64,000 bases of DNA from Acidimicrobiia bacterium. GTDB taxonomy: Bacteria > Actinomycetota > Acidimicrobiia > Spongiisociales > UBA5794. Shown piece after piece: positions 57,080 to 64,000 of the stretch. The notes below the pieces were generated by a model that was given only the letters and a program-made list of their open reading frames with translations, had not been told where the DNA came from and ran no database searches. Every line of letters begins with the position of its first letter. Within the stretch, counting starts at the first letter, position 1. The position numbers were made by a program, and so were the translations under genes. The stretch spans positions 10,522 through 74,521 of the forward strand of contig DATHUV010000088.1 of the NCBI GenBank assembly GCA_035461905.1. Direction: 5' to 3'.

Positions 57080-59014
57080 CTACTTGTAGCTCCTCTGCGT
57101 GGGCTCGACGTACTCGAATGTGAGGGGCTCCTTGTGGAGGACCTGTGGCGTGGCGTCGTCGACCCATGCCCACGCGGAGACGAACGAGAAGTTCTCATCG
57201 TCGCGTCTCGCCTCCCCTTCAGCCGTCTGGTGCTCGACCCGGAAGTGGCCCCCGCAGGACTCCTCACGGTCGAGCGCGTCGCGGCACATCAGTTCACCGA
57301 GTTCGAGGAAGTCAGCGACCCTGCCAGCCTTCTCGAGGGACTGGTTCAGGCTGTCCGATGTTCCGAGCACCTTCAGGTCCTTCCAGAACTCCGCCCTGAG
57401 CTCCCGAATCTCTGCAATGGCCTTCTCGAGCCCCTCACGGCTGCGGGCCAGGCCGCAATGGTCGATCATGATGGTCCCGAGCCTCCTGTGGAAGTAGTCG
57501 ACGGACCTCGTCCCCCCGATCGCGAGGAACCGTGCGGTTCGTTCCTCCACCTCAGTCTCGACCTCGCGGAATGCCTCGTCCTGCGTCGAAACGGGTTCAG
57601 TGTTGAGCCAGTCGGACAGGTACTGGCCGATGGTGTACGGGAGGACGAAGTAGCCGTCTGCGAGACCCTGCATGAGGGCTGAAGCCCCGAGGCGATTCGC
57701 ACCGTGATCGGAGAAGTTCGCCTCACCGATCGCGTAGAGACCCGGCACCGTCGTCATGAGGTCGTAGTCCACCCACAATCCGCCCATCGTGTAGTGCGGT
57801 GCCGGGTAGATGCGCATCGGGACGGTGTAGGGGTCCTCGTCGGTTATCCGTTCGTACATCTCGAAGAGGTTGCCATAGCGTTCCTCGATGGTGGCCCTGC
57901 CGAGGCGGTCGATCGCATTCCGAAAGTCCAGATAGACGCCGTTCCTCAGTGGGCCGATGCCGCGGTTCTGTTCGATCAGGCGCATTGCCGCTCGTGAGGC
58001 GACATCGCGCGGCACCAGGTTTCCGAACGCCGGGTACTGACGCTCGAGGTAGTAGTCGCGCTCGTCCTCTGGGATGTCGTTGGGCGCCCTCGCGTCATCA
58101 GGATCCAGGGGAACCCATATCCGGCCGTCGTTGCGGAGCGACTCCGACATCAGCGTGAGCTTTGACTGGTGTTCGTCTGAGGCAGGGATACACGTCGGGT
58201 GGATCTGGGTGAAGCACGGGTTCGCGAACAGCGCGCCTTTCCTGTGTGCCCTCCACACCGCAGTGGCGTTGCATGCCATGGCGTTCGTGGAGAGGAAGAA
58301 CACGTTCGAGTAGCCGCCGGTGGCGAGGATGACGGCGTGTGCCGAGTGCGACGACACCTCTCCGGTCAGGAGATCCCGAACGACGATGCCCACGGCCCTG
58401 CCGTCCTTCACGACCACGTCGAGCATCTCGGTGCGGCTGTGGAACTCGACCGTCCCCGCCTTGATCTGCCTCGAAAGTGCCTGGTATGCGCCGAGGAGGA
58501 GCTGTTGGCCGGTCTGGCCCCTGGCGTAGAAGGTGCGTGAGACCTGCGCTCCACCGAACGATCGGTTGTCGAGCAGCCCGCCGTACTCGCGTGCGAACGG
58601 CACACCCTGGGCCGTCGTCTGGTCGATGATCTCGTTGGAGACCTCGGCGAGTCGGTAGACGTTCGACTCGCGGGAGCGAAAGTCTCCACCCTTCACGGTG
58701 TCGTAGAACAGGCGGTAGACCGAATCGCCGTCGTTCGCGTAGTTCTTCGCGGCGTTGATGCCACCCTGGGCTGCGATGGAATGTGCGCGTCGTGCGGAGT
58801 CATGGAAGGTGAATGCCTTCACTCTGTACCCGAGTTCTCCCAGCGTCGCGGCGGCTGATGCGCCTGCGAGTCCCGTTCCGACGACGATGATCTCGTACTT
58901 GCGCTTGTTCGCGGGGTTGACGAGTTTCGTGTCGAACCTGTGCTGTTCCCATCGCTGCTGGATCGGTCCGGCCGGCGTCCGGGCGTAGAGGGTGGGGGAG
59001 GATGTGTCGTTCAC
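57080..59014 (-). CDS. sdhA: succinate dehydrogenase/fumarate reductase flavoprotein subunit
   Basis: ORF 57080..59683. The real start is GTG 59014 ([10 protein letters not shown]..., GGAAGG RBS), directly after the sdhC stop. FAD motif [12 protein letters not shown], then HYTMGG. Confidence 0.92.
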   Translation of the reverse strand: MNDTSSPTLYARTPAGPIQQRWEQHRFDTKLVNPANKRKYEIIVVGTGLAGASAAATLGELGYRVKAFTFHDSARRAHSIAAQGGINAAKNYANDGDSVYRLFYDTVKGGDFRSRESNVYRLAEVSNEIIDQTTAQGVPFAREYGGLLDNRSFGGAQVSRTFYARGQTGQQLLLGAYQALSRQIKAGTVEFHSRTEMLDVVVKDGRAVGIVVRDLLTGEVSSHSAHAVILATGGYSNVFFLSTNAMACNATAVWRAHRKGALFANPCFTQIHPTCIPASDEHQSKLTLMSESLRNDGRIWVPLDPDDARAPNDIPEDERDYYLERQYPAFGNLVPRDVASRAAMRLIEQNRGIGPLRNGVYLDFRNAIDRLGRATIEERYGNLFEMYERITDEDPYTVPMRIYPAPHYTMGGLWVDYDLMTTVPGLYAIGEANFSDHGANRLGASALMQGLADGYFVLPYTIGQYLSDWLNTEPVSTQDEAFREVETEVEERTARFLAIGGTRSVDYFHRRLGTIMIDHCGLARSREGLEKAIAEIRELRAEFWKDLKVLGTSDSLNQSLEKAGRVADFLELGELMCRDALDREESCGGHFRVEHQTAEGEARRDDENFSFVSAWAWVDDATPQVLHKEPLTFEYVEPTQRSYK

Positions 59015-59028
59015 GTTCTGCCTTCCGC

Positions 59029-59775
59029 TCACGAGACGGCCCCCGTCCACACGGCGACAACGATCGCAACGTTCCCAAGGAAGACAAGGGCCGCGAACCC
59101 GACCGCGAACGCACGGCGAGCGACCTTGTACCGCGGGCTCACGACGCCGAGGCTCTGGAAGAGGCTCCAACCGCCGTGATAGATGTGGAGAGCGAGAGCA
59201 GCCTGGGCGACGAGGTAGAAGATCGCAACAGGTGGACGCGTGAGGCTTGCGATGATGTTGTCGTACACGGCCCCGTAGACGAAGTCGGGGTTCGCCCACC
59301 CGAACGTCAGGTCCGCCAGGTGGAACAGGGTGAACAAGAGGATGATCGTCCCACCCCAGCGCATGGTGCGGCTTGCGTAGTTCGCTGCGGCGTAATGGCG
59401 TTGAGCGTCGTACCGGTCCCAGCCCCGCGCCTCCCAGTTGCGACGTGTGAGTGCGGCCGAGGCTCCGATGTGGATGGCGAATGCGGCGATGAGGCCGATA
59501 CGGAAGAGCCACAGCACCGTTCCGTGCGGAAGGATCTCGCCGCCGAGGTTGCGCAGGGCCTCGCCGTACAGATCGATCTCGTACTGCCCGAGTTCGTTCA
59601 TGCCGAGGAAGATCTTCAGGTTCCCGATCATGTGCGCCAGCACATAGAGCAAGAGCCCGATCCCCGTCAGTGCCATCAGCCACTTGAGTCCGATGGAGGA
59701 GGAGAAGAATCCTCCGAGCCAGTCCTGCCAGCGCTCCCTGCGGTGGACATCAGCACGTTGGTGTGTGGTCGTCAC
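59029..59775 (-). CDS. sdhC: succinate dehydrogenase cytochrome b subunit (b558-type, five-TM single anchor)
   Basis: 248 aa. The multi-TM, His-containing helices resemble the Bacillus-type SdhC. Confidence 0.8.
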   Translation of the reverse strand: MTTTHQRADVHRRERWQDWLGGFFSSSIGLKWLMALTGIGLLLYVLAHMIGNLKIFLGMNELGQYEIDLYGEALRNLGGEILPHGTVLWLFRIGLIAAFAIHIGASAALTRRNWEARGWDRYDAQRHYAAANYASRTMRWGGTIILLFTLFHLADLTFGWANPDFVYGAVYDNIIASLTRPPVAIFYLVAQAALALHIYHGGWSLFQSLGVVSPRYKVARRAFAVGFAALVFLGNVAIVVAVWTGAVS

Positions 59776-59935
59776 GGACGGATCCTTCGCTGTTGCGTCT
59801 CAGCATGATTATCGCGGGCTTCGGGAACTGTTGCGACACGAGGCAGGATCACCTGAACCGGTGCGCTCCTCGGGTGCACTCCCGCCGAAGGGAGCGAAAT
59901 CCTTGACAAGCGAACCGAAATACGCGCGCGCGGAC

Positions 59936-59964
59936 TTGACACGCGCGCGCGCCCTTGGTTGAAT
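59936..59964 (+). promoter_or_regulatory. candidate whiB promoter with spacer made of a (CG)n run
   Basis: TTGACA (59936-59941), a 17-nt spacer CGCGCGCGCGCCCTTGG, then TTGAAT (59959-59964). The -10 is weak, so the call is tentative. Confidence 0.3.
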
Positions 59965-59971
59965 CACAGAA

Positions 59972-59983
59972 TTGTAATTACAA
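59972..59983. promoter_or_regulatory. 12-bp perfect AT-rich palindrome TTGTAATTACAA between the candidate promoter and the whiB RBS (operator candidate)
   Basis: Seen directly. It is the most AT-rich dodecamer I noticed in this part of the window, and lies 6 nt upstream of the AGGAG RBS. Confidence 0.4.
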
Positions 59984-59999
59984 CCTTGTAGGAGCCCGC

Positions 60000-60287
60000 G
60001 TGATCGTCGACCTTCTCGAAGCGCTCAAGGACGGGGGCATCGACATGTCCTGGCAGGACTTCGCAAACTGCCGGGGCGCCGATCCCGACCTGTTCTTTCC
60101 CGAACGCGGCGCGTCGACGCGTGTTGCGAAGTCCATCTGCCGGGAGTGCACCGTGCGAGACGAGTGTCTGGAGTTCGCGATCGTCTCGAGTGAGAAGTTC
60201 GGGATTTGGGGCGCTATGTCGGAGCGGGAGCGTCGCAAGATTCGTCGGGATCGCCAGATCACGATCAGGCGGAGGCAGGTCGGCTGA
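60000..60287 (+). CDS. whiB: WhiB family transcriptional regulator
   Basis: ORF 59955..60287. GTG 60000 is preferred (AGGAG 5 nt upstream); ATG 60045 is an alternative. Cys pattern C-x26-C-x2-C-x5-C (NCRG...CRECTVRDEC), GIWGA turn and a basic tail. Confidence 0.88.
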   Translation: MIVDLLEALKDGGIDMSWQDFANCRGADPDLFFPERGASTRVAKSICRECTVRDECLEFAIVSSEKFGIWGAMSERERRKIRRDRQITIRRRQVG

Positions 60288-60340
60288 CGACGACGCGCGC
60301 TGAGGGACAGGACTCAACCGGATCCCCTCCCTCCGTGGCG

Positions 60341-60346
60341 TACAAT
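60341..60346 (+). promoter_or_regulatory. candidate -10 box TACAAT upstream of the membrane-anchored protein gene
   Basis: TACAAT lies 27 nt before GTG 60373, with the AAGGAG RBS in between. Confidence 0.35.
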
Positions 60347-60372
60347 CCGGCCAGACAACCAAGGAGTCGTGT

Positions 60373-61320
60373 GTGGCCCTCATCGTCCTGATCGTCGCCG
60401 TCATCGCTATCGCCATCATCGGTCTCGTAGTCATGGCACTGCGCTCGGTGGGCCAGTCCGGTGGGCAGGCATCTTCGGGATCAGGGCGCGGGGGTGGATC
60501 CCCGAGGCGGTCGATGCCGCCCGTTCGCGACTTCCATGTCCGGGGTGAGACAGCATCCGTCTACTTCGGTGTTCCACTCGGGGATGCCGCAGCCGGCACC
60601 CACCTCACGGAACTGCTCGCCGCCAACGCGGTCGAGGTCGTGCGGGACAAGGTCGACAGCGGTCTCCCCCTCGATGGTGTCAGCCACATTGCCGTCTTCG
60701 CCCTTCGAGGAGACGATCCGGAGCTCCTCACGACCGTGGATCTGCCGAGCGGCGGAGAACTCCCGGATGAGGCTCCCATCCTCTCGCGCGATCCGAAGAC
60801 CCACGACCCGATCGGGGCCGTGCAGGCCGTGGCGGCAGACGTCTCCGTGGCGAAGCCCTCCGGTGCGTCGGACGCGCTCGAGCCCATCGTCGATCTCGTT
60901 GAGCTCTCGGGCCCGACCGAGGCCCACATGCGATCCCTCGGGATCGACACCTCCTCCATGTCGCTCGAGGACTTCGCAGTCGGCCTCCTCAGGGTCAGCG
61001 GGTACCAGGTCGATCCGGGTCCATCCGGGTTCACGCTTCCATCGGTTGGCAACGGAAAGGTATTCAGGGCATCTCGCGGGGCGGACACGGCGATTCTTGC
61101 GATCGTCCAACACACCGAAGGCGATTATCCGGAGCTGGACGAGCGCGTGCTCGCAGAGTTCTCGGTAGCTGTTGCACAGGCAAACCCGAAGCGGGCGATC
61201 CTGGTGACCGACAAGTTCGGCCCCTATGCCATGTACGAGCGGGAGCGGCGGGACAAGCGCCTCGTCCTCATCACGAGGGAGCGCCTCCAGGCGTTCGCGG
61301 ACTCCTTCGAGCTCGGCTGA
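60373..61320 (+). CDS. membrane-anchored hypothetical protein with C-terminal restriction-endonuclease-like (Mrr_cat-like) region
   Basis: 315 aa. N-terminal TM helix (ALIVLIVAVIAIAIIGLVVMAL) and a Gly/Ser-rich linker. The C-terminal FAVGLLRVSGYQVD...ADTAILAIVQHTEG...RAILVTDKFG follows the Mrr-type nuclease layout, by eye only. Confidence 0.5.
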   Translation: MALIVLIVAVIAIAIIGLVVMALRSVGQSGGQASSGSGRGGGSPRRSMPPVRDFHVRGETASVYFGVPLGDAAAGTHLTELLAANAVEVVRDKVDSGLPLDGVSHIAVFALRGDDPELLTTVDLPSGGELPDEAPILSRDPKTHDPIGAVQAVAADVSVAKPSGASDALEPIVDLVELSGPTEAHMRSLGIDTSSMSLEDFAVGLLRVSGYQVDPGPSGFTLPSVGNGKVFRASRGADTAILAIVQHTEGDYPELDERVLAEFSVAVAQANPKRAILVTDKFGPYAMYERERRDKRLVLITRERLQAFADSFELG

Positions 61321-61392
61321 TCGCAAGGCGCTCCGTGCTCGATCGGTAGACTGGTCGACGTCGGAGGCGCGCACCCCCGGCGTGCCACCCTC

Positions 61393-61418
61393 GGAACTCT
61401 CGTGCAACCGGGAGCGTT
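61393..61418 (+). promoter_or_regulatory. ECF-type (autoregulatory) promoter GGAAC-N17-CGTT
   Basis: GGAACT (61393) then CGTT (61415-61418), ending 12 nt before the sigma factor ATG. It matches the SigE/SigH/SigR-type consensus GGAA(C/T)-N18-GTT. Confidence 0.6.
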
Positions 61419-61430
61419 GTCCGAAGCGAG

Positions 61431-61949
61431 ATGGGAACCATGGCCGAACAACCGATCCTGTCATGGGAGGAGGTCGCCCACAGGTACGGTCGCAAGATCT
61501 ACACGTTTGCCTATCGCCTGACGGGCAATCCGGATGACGCGGCCGATCTGGTTCAGGACGTCCTCCTTCGGGTCCGCAAGGGACTCGACGACTACACCCC
61601 GGGGAGCTTCGAGGGCTGGTTGTGGCGCATCACGCGCAACGCGTTCCTCGACGGCGTCAGGAAGAAGAATCGGCGACCGACAACCCCCCTGCCCGAGGGT
61701 GACCACGTCGATCTGGGCTCGAGCCCGTCCCCGGACGAGGTTCTCGCATCCGTCAGGCTTTCCGATGACGTACAGGCTGCGCTTCTTAAGCTTCCCTATG
61801 ACTTCCGGGAGGCCGTTGTTCTGTGTGACGTGGTGGGCCTCACCTACGAGGAGATCGCCGATGCGACGGATGTACCCGTTGGAACGGTTCGGTCGCGGAT
61901 CCACCGCGGCCGGTCGATGCTGAGAGGAATGCTGACGTGGCCGGTGTGA
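61431..61949 (+). CDS. ECF (group 4) RNA polymerase sigma factor, SigE/SigH-like
   Basis: 172 aa. Region 2 is DAADLVQDVLLRVRKGL...WLWRITRNAFLD. Region 4 is LTYEEIADATDVPVGTVRSRIHRGR. Confidence 0.88.
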   Translation: MGTMAEQPILSWEEVAHRYGRKIYTFAYRLTGNPDDAADLVQDVLLRVRKGLDDYTPGSFEGWLWRITRNAFLDGVRKKNRRPTTPLPEGDHVDLGSSPSPDEVLASVRLSDDVQAALLKLPYDFREAVVLCDVVGLTYEEIADATDVPVGTVRSRIHRGRSMLRGMLTWPV

Positions 61950-62539
61950 CACCAGAGCCTGATAGGACTTCGGTCCTGCTGTCGTGCTACCTCGACGGTG
62001 AACTCACCCAGGAGGAACTCGCCGAGGTGGTTGTCGCGCTCGAGTCGGATCTCGACGCCATTGCAGAGTTCCGTCGCCTGCAGGCATATCGACGAGCAGT
62101 TCGATCCCTCCCCATTCTCAACGCGCCCGCCGATCTGCTTCCGGGTGGGCACCTCGGTGAGGAGCTGTCGGCGTACCTCGATGGTGAACTGCGCTCCGAT
62201 GAGGTCCCGAACGTCGTCGGACACCTCCGGTCGTGTAACGAGTGTCGCTCCGAACTCGCAGAGCTCGACCGCGCCCGAACCGCGGTCCGGGCACTTCCGG
62301 GTGTCGATCCGCCCGCGTTCCTGGGCGTGTACCGAGCCGACAAGGAGAGCACGCGCAGAAGGATCTGGCCTGCCGCGGCCGTTGCTGGAGGCGTTGCAGC
62401 ACTGGCACTCGCCTTCACGCTCAACGCTGCGACCGATACCGAGCCCGTGGCGATCGACCTCGCCGATCTCGAGTCCCGTCACGCAGCCGTGGCGTCCTCG
62501 CCGTCCATGCCGACCGGTGTGCAGGTGTCGAACCCGTGA
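61937..62539 (+). CDS. membrane-anchored zinc-binding (ZAS-type) anti-sigma factor
   Basis: 200 aa. H-x3-C-x2-C is present (HLRSCNEC). A TM helix (WPAAAVAGGVAALALAF) follows. Overlaps the sigma gene by 13 nt. Confidence 0.78.
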   Translation: MAGVTPEPDRTSVLLSCYLDGELTQEELAEVVVALESDLDAIAEFRRLQAYRRAVRSLPILNAPADLLPGGHLGEELSAYLDGELRSDEVPNVVGHLRSCNECRSELAELDRARTAVRALPGVDPPAFLGVYRADKESTRRRIWPAAAVAGGVAALALAFTLNAATDTEPVAIDLADLESRHAAVASSPSMPTGVQVSNP

Positions 62540-62544
62540 ACGGC

Positions 62545-63477
62545 ATGCTCAAGCGTTCGGTCGTCGTCGGGTCCGCGGTTGCTGTCGCGTTGAGCATCGG
62601 ATCGCCCGCCGCCCTTGCCGACGACCTCGCCGACATCCTGGAGCGTGCACGAGCGGCCACATACACGGCCACGCGCCTCACCGTGTCGGCGTGGGGCGAC
62701 CACACCAACCTCTTGCGTGAGCGTGTGGAGCACGCGCAGGGTGCCGAGATGATCCGTGTCGACCAGACCTGGTCGATGGTCGGCAACGGTCGTACGGTCA
62801 CGATGGGAGATGTCCCCGAAGGTGTCGCCTTCATGACGACGTCCCCTGCGGTCGTGACCGACCGCTACCGGGTTGGTGAGGTCAACGCATGCACGCACCT
62901 CCGTCGCAAGTGCTCCTTCATCCCCATCCTCGAAGGTGAGTTGGTCCGTGCGCACATGCTGATCGACACTCGCACCGGTGCCCCCCTCATCACCTACGTG
63001 TATGACGAGGCCGGTCGAACCTATCGGACCGTCTCGCTGTCGGAGTTCTCCCCTCACCGAACGTACGAGTGGCCTCCCGGCACCGAGGACGTCCCACTCG
63101 AGGTCGTCATGCAGGACGACTCATCGGCCGTGCCCCAGGAGCTGTACGGGTATGAGCTCGTCGACGTCTTCGACGGCCCTGCGTCCTCAGAACAGGGCTT
63201 CTACTCCGATGGCCTGTTCAGCTTCTCGCTCTTCACGATGCCGCTCGATACGGTCGTTGCGGGCTTCGAGGAACCCCTCACGATGCTGACCGATCGAGGC
63301 GCATACGACCTGCTCACGACGGCGAGGGACGTCCGCCTGCACTGGGAGGGCAGTGACCGCCACTACGTCCTCGTCGGCGACCTCCCGCCCGACCACCTCG
63401 AGGCCGTTCTCGACGAACTCCCCGATCCCGGCAGCGGAGGGTTCCTCACGAGGATCTGGCGGGCCATCTTCGGCTGA
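62545..63477 (+). CDS. secreted protein, possibly MucB/RseB-like (LolA-fold) partner of the anti-sigma factor
   Basis: ORF 62242..63477. Signal peptide MLKRSVVVGSAVAVALSIGSPAALADD (ATG 62545; GTG 62536 overlapping the upstream stop is an alternative). The N-terminal LADILERARAATYTATRLTVSAWG...RVEHAQGAEMIRV resembles the RseB N-domain pattern (from memory). Confidence 0.5.
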   Translation: MLKRSVVVGSAVAVALSIGSPAALADDLADILERARAATYTATRLTVSAWGDHTNLLRERVEHAQGAEMIRVDQTWSMVGNGRTVTMGDVPEGVAFMTTSPAVVTDRYRVGEVNACTHLRRKCSFIPILEGELVRAHMLIDTRTGAPLITYVYDEAGRTYRTVSLSEFSPHRTYEWPPGTEDVPLEVVMQDDSSAVPQELYGYELVDVFDGPASSEQGFYSDGLFSFSLFTMPLDTVVAGFEEPLTMLTDRGAYDLLTTARDVRLHWEGSDRHYVLVGDLPPDHLEAVLDELPDPGSGGFLTRIWRAIFG

Positions 63478-63531
63478 GCCGATCGTTGCCGGACCGGATG
63501 GTCGACCGACGTCGACCGAATCCGGTCGGTT

Positions 63532-64000
63532 TCAGTCCCGTCCGATCTCGCGCCGTGCGACGACCATCGTGTGAACCTCGTCCGGACCGTCGGCGATCCG
63601 AAGTGTTCGCATATTCGCCCACATGCTCGCAAGTGGCGTGTCATCCGAGACACCCATGCCACCGTGGACCTGGATCGCCTTGTCGATGACCCACAGCGCG
63701 GTGTTGGGGGCGACGACCTTGATGGCGGAAACATCCCTGGTCGCTGCCCGATTGCCCTGTGTGTCGATGAGCCACGCGGTGTGCAGCACGAGGAGCCTCG
63801 CCTGATCGATGCGCCACCGGGCCTCGGCGATCCACTGTTGGACGACCCCTTGGTCCGCGACCCGCATGCCGAAGGCCTCGCGGTCCTTCGCCCGTGCGAT
63901 CATGAGCGAAAGCGCCCTCTCCGCCTGGCCGATCGCTCGCATGCAGTGGTGGATGCGTCCCGGGCCGAGGCGCGCCTGTGCGATCATGTAGCCCTCGCCG
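63532..64000 (-). CDS. acyl-CoA dehydrogenase family protein, C-terminal part (gene continues beyond window end)
   Basis: The frame stays open to nt 64000. ...GEGYMIAQARLGPGRIHHCMRAIG...IQVHGGMGVSDDTPLA...RTLRIADGPDEVH is typical of the ACAD C-terminal domain. Confidence 0.85.
   Translation of the reverse strand, partial: GEGYMIAQARLGPGRIHHCMRAIGQAERALSLMIARAKDREAFGMRVADQGVVQQWIAEARWRIDQARLLVLHTAWLIDTQGNRAATRDVSAIKVVAPNTALWVIDKAIQVHGGMGVSDDTPLASMWANMRTLRIADGPDEVHTMVVARREIGRD

Overview
High-GC actinobacterial-type chromosomal core region, densely packed with about 60 CDS, mostly on the + strand and often with 4-nt start/stop overlaps. Gene content is housekeeping: rpsI (3' end)-glmM, glmS, an acpS-nnr-alr-tsaE-tsaB-rimI-tsaD chain, groES-groEL, pfk, cimA, trpS, guaB3-guaA, a BMP-family ABC importer, a CheA-like hybrid kinase and pcrA. 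It continues with a DrrAB-like exporter, a GH1 beta-glucosidase, sucCD, purN-purH-folD-icd-mdh, hup, sdhCAB, whiB and an ECF sigma/anti-sigma module. I saw no rRNA, tRNA, CRISPR array, transposase, integrase or obvious defence or mobile island. What the ORF track does not explain is mainly regulatory. There is a glmS ribozyme upstream of glmS. A 12-codon Ile/Thr-rich leader peptide with hairpin and terminator (a ribosome-mediated attenuator) sits in front of the citramalate synthase gene. Two CIRCE operators lie upstream of groES, and an ECF-type GGAAC-N17-CGTT promoter lies upstream of the sigma gene. There are also AT-rich perfect palindromes and (CG)n runs in divergent promoter regions, and several -10 boxes placed for leaderless mRNAs. 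Candidate unknown biology at the protein level is all hypothetical. It comprises an orphan CheA-type Hpt-kinase-CheW-REC protein with no other che genes, and an antitoxin-like (DUF2384-type) ORF that lacks both a RES partner and a canonical start codon. It also includes a nuclease-like/wHTH protein translationally coupled to trpS, a membrane-anchored Mrr-like protein next to whiB, and a stand-alone B12-binding domain coupled to sucCD. I did not find convincing evidence for a wholly new multi-gene system; the cimA leader-peptide attenuator is the best-supported new observation. Many long ORFs in the supplied track are antisense or out-of-frame artefacts of high GC, or 5' extensions of real genes.
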